A stretch of DNA of 64,000 nt, from positions 5,080 through 69,079 of the forward strand of contig JAFUIN010000023.1 in NCBI GenBank assembly GCA_017468465.1. Direction: 5' to 3'. Positions 47,216 to 55,666 of the stretch are shown piece after piece; within the stretch, counting starts at the first letter, position 1, and each line of letters starts with the position of its first letter. Both the position numbers and the translations under genes were made by a program. This stretch comes from Clostridia bacterium (GTDB taxonomy: Bacteria; Bacillota; Clostridia; UMGS1840). The notes beneath the pieces were generated by a model. The model was not told where the DNA came from. It did not search any database and saw only the letters and a program-made list of their open reading frames with translations.

Positions 47216-47238
47216 CGCAGTATGAGAGGAATTTTTTT

Positions 47239-49452
47239 ATGAAAAAAATCTGCATTTTAGCACTTTTTCTCTATATGTTTTTGATGTTTTCCGGCATTTC
47301 TGCCTTGGCAGTAACCGACACTGTTACCAAAAGCGGAACCTTTGAAGGCTATTGGGGTGACTCATTCCAATGGAAGCTCTACGACGATGGTGAGCTTGTG
47401 ATCACCGGAGAAGGAATTTTAACCTGCAGTCCTTACGGTTCCTCTAACGGTTCAGCCTATCCTTGGTATTCTTCCTACAGCAAAATAAAATCTATCACCG
47501 TAGGTGAAGGAATCACAGCGGTAGGTTTATATGCTTTTGATTCATGCTATGCTACCAGTGTTTCTCTCCCCGAAACACTGAGCTCCATCGGTAGCTACGC
47601 TTTTAGAGGAACAAAAATAACCTCTATCAGGACTCCGGCAAAGTTAGAAACTGTCTCTTCTTACGCATTTTTGAACTGTAGCAGTTTGACAACGGTTGAA
47701 ATGCCCAATATAACTACAATTAACTCCTGTGCCTTTGAAAATTGTAAAGCGCTTAAAGAAATTACCATTACGGCAAAATACATATACAGTGAGGCATTTT
47801 ACAACTGTAATACTCTTCACACCGTTAACTTTTCTGCAGTTCCCACCACCTTGGACACCTCTGCCTTTTCGCTGTGTTCGAAATTACAAACCGTAAATTT
47901 TGTCGGTACCGAAACCCAGTGGAATAAACTTGCAAACGGAAACAACATCCTATCCAAGGTAACTACAGTAAATTATGTAAAAGCACTCAGCTTTGACGCT
48001 AACGGTGGCGGATTTGGTATTCTTCCTGTATTGGCAACGGCAGGCTCCACTGTTGTTATCCCAGATGCCGTTCCTATCAAAAACGGCTACACATTCTTTG
48101 GGTGGGCAGCTTATAAATATGATACCATTGTGGCATATTCTGCAGGTGATGAATTCCCTCTTTCTGAAAATACAACGCTCTATGCTGTATGGGAAACCCC
48201 CGACGGTGTACTTGCAAAAGGTACTCATCCGAGCACCGATATGAATTGGGTATTGTACGAAGACGGACACCTCGTTATTGACGGCACGGGCTCGGTTTAC
48301 GGAGATAACTCCAGCGATACAGAAGGCTATAAACACTACCGCACCGCTATCAAAACTGTCACTGTAAACGAAGGCATCACAGGAATAGGAAACAATGCAT
48401 TCTACAATTTCCCAATCACAAGCATCAGCTTACCATCTACTCTGACCGGTATTGGATATAATGCGTTTTCCTACACCAATTTGAAAAACATCACCATTCC
48501 TTCCTCTGTTAGCTATATCGGTAGCGGAATGCTATTAGGAAGCCAGATTGAAACTATCAATTTAGGAAATCCTTCTTATGATATTTCAACCATCTTTACA
48601 AGCTGTACAGATATGCAATCTCTTGATTCTATCACCGTAGATGAAAATAACACCTTATATACTGTGCATAATGGTGTGCTATACAACAAAGATATGACCG
48701 CTGTTATCCGTATCCCTGCAACATTTGCAGGACAATTAGTGTTGCCGGATTCTGTTACAACCGTCAGCAAATATGCGTTTTCTGATGCACCGAATTTGGA
48801 AAGCATCGTGTTCCCTGTTAACATTACGCAAATTGGTGACAGAGTATTCAACAGCGAAGTCGCTCCCACTATTTATTATAAGGGTACTGAAGCGCAATGG
48901 CAAAATGTCAGTATCAGCACTGTTTGGAACAACATCATCCCTTCTGAATATGAATACGGAAAAACCTACAGCATCACCTATGATGCGCTGGGGGGAACTG
49001 ATGCGCCCATAGCAGGTGAAAAGGTGAAAGGCGAAGTGTACACCATTTCCGAAACCATTCCCCAAAAAGCAAACTACACTTTTCTGGGATGGGCAACCAC
49101 TGCGAATGCAACCACAGCACAGTATCTTCCCGGTGATGTCTACACCGAAGACAAGGAAACCGTGTTCTATGCTGTTTGGGAATTAAAGGAAGCAGAGGTT
49201 GAATACACAGATGCCAGCCGTTGGTGGATGTTTGGTGTTTTCGTGGAAGGAAATCCGTCTGATAAAACTGCTTATGTTGCTATTTATGACCAATATGAAA
49301 AATTCATATCGTGTGATGTTTTTCCTGTTGTAAATGGAAGCAGTGACTTAATGCTTCCCAAAGACAGCCAGGCAAAAACGGCTAAAGTGTTTGTGTTGGA
49401 CGATATCACTACAGCACCTTATACTAAATCGGTTACAATCAATCTAAATTAA
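47239..49452 (+). CDS. Secreted BspA-type leucine-rich-repeat protein with two InlB B-repeat domains
   Basis: Signal peptide MKKICIL..FSGISALA; two modules of W.LY.DG.LVI.G.G cap + LP..L..IG..AF repeats + (F/Y)DA.GG...P.K..YTF.GWA; ~75-aa C-terminal domain. Confidence 0.85.
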   Translation: MKKICILALFLYMFLMFSGISALAVTDTVTKSGTFEGYWGDSFQWKLYDDGELVITGEGILTCSPYGSSNGSAYPWYSSYSKIKSITVGEGITAVGLYAFDSCYATSVSLPETLSSIGSYAFRGTKITSIRTPAKLETVSSYAFLNCSSLTTVEMPNITTINSCAFENCKALKEITITAKYIYSEAFYNCNTLHTVNFSAVPTTLDTSAFSLCSKLQTVNFVGTETQWNKLANGNNILSKVTTVNYVKALSFDANGGGFGILPVLATAGSTVVIPDAVPIKNGYTFFGWAAYKYDTIVAYSAGDEFPLSENTTLYAVWETPDGVLAKGTHPSTDMNWVLYEDGHLVIDGTGSVYGDNSSDTEGYKHYRTAIKTVTVNEGITGIGNNAFYNFPITSISLPSTLTGIGYNAFSYTNLKNITIPSSVSYIGSGMLLGSQIETINLGNPSYDISTIFTSCTDMQSLDSITVDENNTLYTVHNGVLYNKDMTAVIRIPATFAGQLVLPDSVTTVSKYAFSDAPNLESIVFPVNITQIGDRVFNSEVAPTIYYKGTEAQWQNVSISTVWNNIIPSEYEYGKTYSITYDALGGTDAPIAGEKVKGEVYTISETIPQKANYTFLGWATTANATTAQYLPGDVYTEDKETVFYAVWELKEAEVEYTDASRWWMFGVFVEGNPSDKTAYVAIYDQYEKFISCDVFPVVNGSSDLMLPKDSQAKTAKVFVLDDITTAPYTKSVTINLN

Positions 49453-49476
49453 AATGAAAAGCGAGGAAATAAAATC

Positions 49477-50853
49477 ATGAAGCTTTGGGGCGGAAGATTT
49501 AATAAAGAGACAGACAAGGCCGTGGACGATTTTAACAGTTCCATTTCCTTTGACTGCAAAATGTATAAAGAGGATATCAAAGGAAGTATTGCTCACGTTA
49601 CCATGCTTGGAAAGCAAGGCATTATCCCCCGGGAAAATGCTGAAAAAATCAAGGATGAGCTGGGCAAAATTCTGGAGGATATCGAAGCAGGAAAAATAGA
49701 ATTTTCATTGGAAGCAGAAGACATTCATATGAATGTGGAAACCATTTTAATTGAACGTCTGGATGCCATTGGAAAGCAACTACATACAGGCAGAAGCCGT
49801 AATGACCAGGTTGCTTTGGATGTAAAAATGTGCACCAGAAATGCAATTTCTGATATCAAAGGCGAAGTAAAAAATCTGCTCTCTGTCATTGCTGGTTTAG
49901 CGGAGCGGGAAAAGGCTACCATTATGCCCGGGTATACCCATTTGCAAAAGGCACAGCCCATCACTTTGGGACATCATTTGATGGCATATTTCCAAATGTT
50001 CCGTCGGGATTATGAACGTCTCTCTGACTGTTTGAAAAGAATGTCTCTTTGCCCGCTGGGAAGCGGTGCATTGGCAAGCACAACCTATCCCCTTGACCGT
50101 CATTACACCGCAGAGCTGTTAGGCTTTGAAGGCCCGACCGAAAACAGCTTGGACGGTGTTTCCGACCGTGATTTTGTGGCAGAGTTTATTTTTGCATTGT
50201 CTTTAATTATGATGCACTTATCAAGATTTTCCGAAGAAATCATTCTTTGGTGCAGTGACGAATTTTCCTTCATCCGTTTGGATGATGCCTATTCTACCGG
50301 TTCCAGCATTATGCCCCAGAAAAAGAATCCTGACATTGCAGAATTAACCCGCGGAAAAACCGGTCGAGTATATGGCTCTTTGATGACCATTCTGACCATC
50401 TTAAAAGGAATTCCTCTGGCATATAATAAGGATATGCAGGAAGACAAGGAAGCGTTGTTTGATGCTTATGACACTGTAAAAATGAGTCTTCCTATCTTCG
50501 CCAAAATGATTGAAACCATGACCGTAAATACCGAAAAAATGCGAAATGGTGCCAAAGGCGGCTTTACCAACGCTACCGATGCAGCAGACTATCTGGTAAA
50601 AAAAGGAATGCCGTTTCGTGATGCTCACAAAGTGATTGGCGAGATGGTTAGCTACTGCATTGGCGAAAAAATTGCACTGGAGGATATCCCTTTAGAAAAG
50701 CTGAAAGAATTTTCCGCTGTAATTGAAGAAGATTACTACCATGCAATTTCTTTGGAAACCTGTGTGAACGAACGAAATGTTTATGGTGGACCCGCTCCGA
50801 AAGCGTTGGATGTTGCCATCCAAAATGCAAAGACTTTCTTAAGTAATTTATAA
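49477..50853 (+). CDS. argH: Argininosuccinate lyase
   Basis: KLWGGRF, HTGRSRNDQ, PGYTHLQKAQP, GSSIMPQKKNPD, YNKDMQEDKE. Confidence 0.98.
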   Translation: MKLWGGRFNKETDKAVDDFNSSISFDCKMYKEDIKGSIAHVTMLGKQGIIPRENAEKIKDELGKILEDIEAGKIEFSLEAEDIHMNVETILIERLDAIGKQLHTGRSRNDQVALDVKMCTRNAISDIKGEVKNLLSVIAGLAEREKATIMPGYTHLQKAQPITLGHHLMAYFQMFRRDYERLSDCLKRMSLCPLGSGALASTTYPLDRHYTAELLGFEGPTENSLDGVSDRDFVAEFIFALSLIMMHLSRFSEEIILWCSDEFSFIRLDDAYSTGSSIMPQKKNPDIAELTRGKTGRVYGSLMTILTILKGIPLAYNKDMQEDKEALFDAYDTVKMSLPIFAKMIETMTVNTEKMRNGAKGGFTNATDAADYLVKKGMPFRDAHKVIGEMVSYCIGEKIALEDIPLEKLKEFSAVIEEDYYHAISLETCVNERNVYGGPAPKALDVAIQNAKTFLSNL

Positions 50854-50936
50854 AATTTTTTTCGTAGAAATGTAAAATGAGAATACAGCATTTAGTTACT
50901 TTTTTCAATCATATCTCTTTTACATTTCTACCTTAT

Positions 50937-51011
50937 GCCCCCGTAGTTAAGTGGATATAACATGCCCCTCCTAAGGGCAAATCGTGCGTTCGATTCGCGC
51001 CAGGGGTGCCA
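50937..51011 (+). tRNA. tRNA-Arg (anticodon CCT)
   Basis: Acceptor GCCCCCG/CAGGGGT (one mismatch), D-arm GTTA..TAAC, anticodon arm TGCCC-CT CCT AA-GGGCA, T-arm GTGCG-TTCGATT-CGCGC, encoded CCA. Confidence 0.93.
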
Positions 51012-51043
51012 AATCTCATATTTTTAATAAAGGACCTCACACT

Positions 51044-54000
51044 ATGAAAAAAACAATGAAAACTCTTTTTGCAATGTTGCTGCTTGGAATGCTTTTTTCT
51101 TTTTCCGGCATCACAGCACTGGCAGAAAATGATATTGTGACAACTGTAGGAGATATCAGTGTTCCCGGTAACGGAACAGCTGCAAATCCGTATTTAATTT
51201 CGACCGAAGAACAGCTGTTGCTGATTGCAAACAGCTCCCTTCCCAATGCCTTACAATCACGTTACAAGCTGCAAAATGATATTACCGTTACACAAGAAAC
51301 GTGGATGCCTATCGGCTATGACAATAAGTCACCGTTTTCCGGTTCCTTTGATGGAAACGGATATACTATTTCTGGAATCAATGTCGAAATTGGTTATACC
51401 TATTCCGGTTTCTTTGGCGTCAATACCGGTTACATTAAACACCTTCGTATTGATGTTTCAATCAATTCCGGTGGATGCAGTGGTAGCTTGATTGCACGAA
51501 ACGAAGGTGTCATACTGGATTGTTTTTCTTCAGGAACTATTACCAGTACCGGAAATCAGGTAGGCGGGCTGGTCGGCTTAAACTTCAGCGGTACCATTGG
51601 ATACTCAGGCTCTACCACAACTGTGTCAGGAAAAGAATGTGTAGGTGGTCTAATTGGCCAACATCAAGCTTATTATGTCAATAACACCACCATCATTCAC
51701 AACAGCTATGCGCAAGGAAATATTATAGGAACCACCAACGTGGGCGGTCTGGTAGGTCGTATGTATGAAACCAATAATATGAAGCCGGTTGTAGAAAATT
51801 GCTACGCTTCCGGAATTGTCAACAACGGTAAAGGCGGTGGTTTACTGGGTAGCGGCTACGGAACATATTATAACTCTTACTATAATGTGTTCAACACTGG
51901 AAACCAGCGCGGTTTTGCGGTTTCCACCGAAGAACTGAAAGACCAAAATACGTTCTATCTTTGGGATTTTGAATACAAATGGGCGATTGACAACGAATTT
52001 CCATACATCCGATATACCGAAGGTACTTCCGAAAGCAGTATATTAGACGGAGCAGGAACCATCGAAGACCCATACCTCGTGAGAAATGAAAAAGATCTAC
52101 GTAACGTACAAGGCGGAAAAGGGACCGATCGAGTCTATTACTATAAGCTGGTAAACGACATTGAATTGACCGCAAAATACTGGACCCCTCTAAACGCTTA
52201 CGGCGAATTTGAAGGGGTATTCAATGGAAATGGACATACCATATCCGGTTTGAATTTTTCTTCCACCAACTACGATGCAGTCGGTCTGTTCGGATACAAC
52301 AGCGGTACCATCAAAAACCTTACAGTTATCGGCAACATCCAAGCCACTGCAAAAGCCGGTCTGCTGGCTGGGCAAAATAATGGCCTTTTGGAAAACTGTT
52401 TTTCCTCGGGAACCGTAACCAGTACCGGAAATGAGGTTGGCGGATTGGCTGGGTTGAATTTCAGTGGAAGAATCCGCTATTGCGGCTCTGATGCAACCGT
52501 ATCAGGAAAAGAAAACGTAGGTGGTCTGGTTGGTCAGCACCAGGGTTATTACTCCGATCGGGTTGCCCTCATCAACGATTGTTATGCACAAGGAAATGTG
52601 AACGGAAATACCAATGTGGGCGGATTAGTTGGACATATGTATGCAGTCTACAATCAGGAACCCATCATCAGAGACTGTTATGCCTCCGGACTTGTCAATA
52701 ACGGACAAGGTTGCGGATTAGTGGGTACTGGCTACAATCATGGACGGTATTACAACTCCTATTACAACTCTTTCAATGCAGGGAACAAACGAGGATTTGC
52801 AGTTTCGTTGGAAGAATTAGAACAACAAGATACCTTCTATCAGTGGGATTTTGATAATGTTTGGGCAATGGATAGCGGATACCCGTATATTCAGCTAAGA
52901 GACGGAGACAAGTCTATCACCTTTGAGGGAACCGGCACCAAAGATTTTCCCTACCTTGTGAAAACCGAGCGGCAGCTTCTGGCGATAGCAACCGAACGGA
53001 CACACATTGAAAACGACGTATATTACCGGTTAGCCAATGATATTACGCTTACCGCAAAATGTTGGACTCCCATCGGATTGTATGAAGAATTTCAGGGTAT
53101 CTTTGATGGAAACGGACATACGATTTCCAACTTGAATTACACCATCGGCAATTACGATTGTGCAGGCTTATTTGCTTATAACAACGGTACCATCAAAAAT
53201 CTTACGGTTGTCGGCAACATCAAGGCTACCGCAAAAGTCGGAATGCTGGTAGGAGAAAATAACAACGGTCTGATCGAAAACTGTTTTTCTACTGGAACTG
53301 TAACCAGTACAGGAAACGAAGTTGGCGGGCTGATTGGGTTGAATTTCAGTGGAAGAATCCGCTATTGTGGCTCCGATGCAACCGTATCAGGAAAAGAAAA
53401 CGTGGGTGGTCTGGTTGGTCAGCACCAAGGTTATTATTCTGATCAGGTTGCCCTCATCAACGATTGTTATGCACAAGGTGATGTAAGCGGAAATACCAAT
53501 GTGGGCGGGTTGATTGGACGTATGCATATAGTCTACAATCAGGAACCTATTGTTAGAGATTGCTATGCCTCCGGATTTGTCAGTGGCGGAACCGGCGGCG
53601 GTCTTTTAGGCACCAGTGGCGGTCGATATTATAACTCCTACTATTATCATGGAAATGCAGGAAATCAAAGAGGATTCGCAGTATCACCGGAAGAATTAAA
53701 ACAACAAGATACCTTCTATCAATGGAATTTTGATACTGTTTGGAAAATGGATGGCGGATACCCGTATATTCAGCTTCGAGACGGTGACAAATCCATCTCA
53801 TTTGAGGGGTCCGGTTCTGAGGATTTCCCCTATCTCATTAAAACTGAACGACAACTTTATGCGATGGCAACCGACCAAGCGAGAATGGGTGATAACATCT
53901 ATTATCAGCTGGCAAACGATATTGCTCTCACCGCAAAGCATTGGACTCCTATCGGTGCTTCGGTCGACTTTAGAGGCGTCTTTGACGGGAACGGACACAC

Positions 54001-54940
54001 CATATCCAATGTCGAGCATGTTCGTTCCTCTATCAACAATATAGGATTCTTCGGTGTGAATGCAGGTACCATTAAAAACCTGAAGGTATCCGGAGATATT
54101 ATTGGTAAAGGAAACACCGGTCTCCTTGCTGCAACAAACTATGGCCTCATCGAAAACTGTCTTTCCGAGGGAACTGTAGTAAGCAACGGCGATAATGCAG
54201 GTGGCTTGGTAGGTTACAATGATGGCGGGAAAATCCGCACCTCCGGCTCCTTTGCTTCTGTAAGCGGACAAAACAACGTGGGGGGCTTGTTAGGTTACAG
54301 CAATGTTTCCTATAGCGACGGAGAAATCACCAACTGCTTTGCACACGGCGACGTAACGGGAAACTCTACCGTTGGCGGGCTGGTTGGTTATCATTATCAA
54401 TACCGCGGTACATTTGTGCTGCAATATAATTATGCTATCGGTAAAGTTTCCGGAAACAACAAAGCCAGCGGTCTGCTGGGTGGATATCATTATGACGGCA
54501 CTGCCACAATGTCAGACAATTATTATAATTCTGAAACTTCATTATGCACCGATACGGTGGCTGCTACCCCAAAAACAACAGCAGAAATGAAAACAAAAGA
54601 TACCTATGAAGGATGGAATTTTGACACCATCTGGGCAATGGATGACAATACACTGGACGGATATCCGTATCTGGAAAATGTTGTAACAGCGGAAGATAAC
54701 TCCATGGATGCAGGCGGAATTTCTTTCTGGCTGACCCTAAGCGGAAACCCGAATACCGGTACGGTATATGCCGGAATATACGAAGCAAATGGCACTCTGA
54801 AACAACTGAAAGATTACCCTGCCCAAAAAATTATCAATATCGTATTTGATGAAGGTATGACAGGGTCTTATGTAAAAATTATGTGGTGGAAAGAAGAATT
54901 GGTACCTATGTGTCCTCCTCAAACCATTCCTCTGCAATAA
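51044..54940 (+). CDS. Secreted GLUG-motif repeat protein (four ~293-aa modules)
   Basis: Signal peptide MKKTMK..FSGITALA; G.GT..(D/N)PYL modules near 51167, 52049, 52928, 53807; FDGNGHTIS, many VGGLVG motifs, W(D/N)F..W; start at 51044 (ORF-track start lies inside the tRNA). Confidence 0.85.
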   Translation: MKKTMKTLFAMLLLGMLFSFSGITALAENDIVTTVGDISVPGNGTAANPYLISTEEQLLLIANSSLPNALQSRYKLQNDITVTQETWMPIGYDNKSPFSGSFDGNGYTISGINVEIGYTYSGFFGVNTGYIKHLRIDVSINSGGCSGSLIARNEGVILDCFSSGTITSTGNQVGGLVGLNFSGTIGYSGSTTTVSGKECVGGLIGQHQAYYVNNTTIIHNSYAQGNIIGTTNVGGLVGRMYETNNMKPVVENCYASGIVNNGKGGGLLGSGYGTYYNSYYNVFNTGNQRGFAVSTEELKDQNTFYLWDFEYKWAIDNEFPYIRYTEGTSESSILDGAGTIEDPYLVRNEKDLRNVQGGKGTDRVYYYKLVNDIELTAKYWTPLNAYGEFEGVFNGNGHTISGLNFSSTNYDAVGLFGYNSGTIKNLTVIGNIQATAKAGLLAGQNNGLLENCFSSGTVTSTGNEVGGLAGLNFSGRIRYCGSDATVSGKENVGGLVGQHQGYYSDRVALINDCYAQGNVNGNTNVGGLVGHMYAVYNQEPIIRDCYASGLVNNGQGCGLVGTGYNHGRYYNSYYNSFNAGNKRGFAVSLEELEQQDTFYQWDFDNVWAMDSGYPYIQLRDGDKSITFEGTGTKDFPYLVKTERQLLAIATERTHIENDVYYRLANDITLTAKCWTPIGLYEEFQGIFDGNGHTISNLNYTIGNYDCAGLFAYNNGTIKNLTVVGNIKATAKVGMLVGENNNGLIENCFSTGTVTSTGNEVGGLIGLNFSGRIRYCGSDATVSGKENVGGLVGQHQGYYSDQVALINDCYAQGDVSGNTNVGGLIGRMHIVYNQEPIVRDCYASGFVSGGTGGGLLGTSGGRYYNSYYYHGNAGNQRGFAVSPEELKQQDTFYQWNFDTVWKMDGGYPYIQLRDGDKSISFEGSGSEDFPYLIKTERQLYAMATDQARMGDNIYYQLANDIALTAKHWTPIGASVDFRGVFDGNGHTISNVEHVRSSINNIGFFGVNAGTIKNLKVSGDIIGKGNTGLLAATNYGLIENCLSEGTVVSNGDNAGGLVGYNDGGKIRTSGSFASVSGQNNVGGLLGYSNVSYSDGEITNCFAHGDVTGNSTVGGLVGYHYQYRGTFVLQYNYAIGKVSGNNKASGLLGGYHYDGTATMSDNYYNSETSLCTDTVAATPKTTAEMKTKDTYEGWNFDTIWAMDDNTLDGYPYLENVVTAEDNSMDAGGISFWLTLSGNPNTGTVYAGIYEANGTLKQLKDYPAQKIINIVFDEGMTGSYVKIMWWKEELVPMCPPQTIPLQ

Positions 54941-54964
54941 CAAAAAGTCAAAGGAGACTCTCTT

Positions 54965-55600
54965 ATGAGCGTATTACAAGAATTGACACAAATTTTACAA
55001 AGAGGACGTGTTCCCAAAGTAAAAGAACTGGTAGAACAGGCAATTTCCGAAGAAATTGCACCGGAAACCATTTTAGAAGACGGCTTACTGAAAGGCATGG
55101 CAATCATCGGAGAAAAATTCAAGAAAAATGAAGTATTTATCCCCGAAGTAATGATGGCAGCGCGTGCCATGAACGCAGGAGTAGAATTACTGCGCCCATT
55201 GCTCATTTCTGCCGGAGTTTCCAAAAAAGGAACTGCCGTTATCGGAACAGTGAAAGGTGATTTGCACGATATCGGGAAAAACATCTGCAAAATGATGTTG
55301 GAAGCAAAAGGGCTTGAGGTGTTCGATCTGGGCACTGATGTTACTGCCGATACCTTTATTGAAAAAGCAATCGAGCACAATGCAACTGTAATTTGCTGCT
55401 CTGCTCTTTTAACTACAACCATGAATGAAATGAAAAATGTCATTGTAAAAGCCACAGAAGCAGGCATTCGTGACAAGGTAACCATCATGATTGGCGGTGC
55501 GCCGGTAACACAGGAATTCTGCGATACTATCACTGCAGATTATTATACTCCCGATGCCGCAACCTGCTCCGAAGTTGCACTGCAATCCTGCACTCGGTAA
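54965..55600 (+). CDS. Cobalamin-binding corrinoid protein (MtaC/MtmC-like methyltransferase partner)
   Basis: F.PEVMMAARAM cap, GTVKGDLHDIGKN (DxHxxG), SALLTTTM, IGGAPVT. Confidence 0.92.
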   Translation: MSVLQELTQILQRGRVPKVKELVEQAISEEIAPETILEDGLLKGMAIIGEKFKKNEVFIPEVMMAARAMNAGVELLRPLLISAGVSKKGTAVIGTVKGDLHDIGKNICKMMLEAKGLEVFDLGTDVTADTFIEKAIEHNATVICCSALLTTTMNEMKNVIVKATEAGIRDKVTIMIGGAPVTQEFCDTITADYYTPDAATCSEVALQSCTR

Positions 55601-55666
55601 TCCTCTCAAAAATAACCACCACAGCAGCAACGAAATCAACTCTTTGCAAGAAAGGAGCTTTTTTCC

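Noticed and set aside
50984-51043. ORF-track N-terminal extension of the GLUG protein
   Set aside because: It overlaps the tRNA; the signal peptide and RBS point to ATG 51044.
52049-53807. Near-identical GLUG modules as a diversity-generating retroelement TR/VR pair
   Set aside because: The differences inspected are mostly synonymous and not adenine-specific; no reverse transcriptase in the window.
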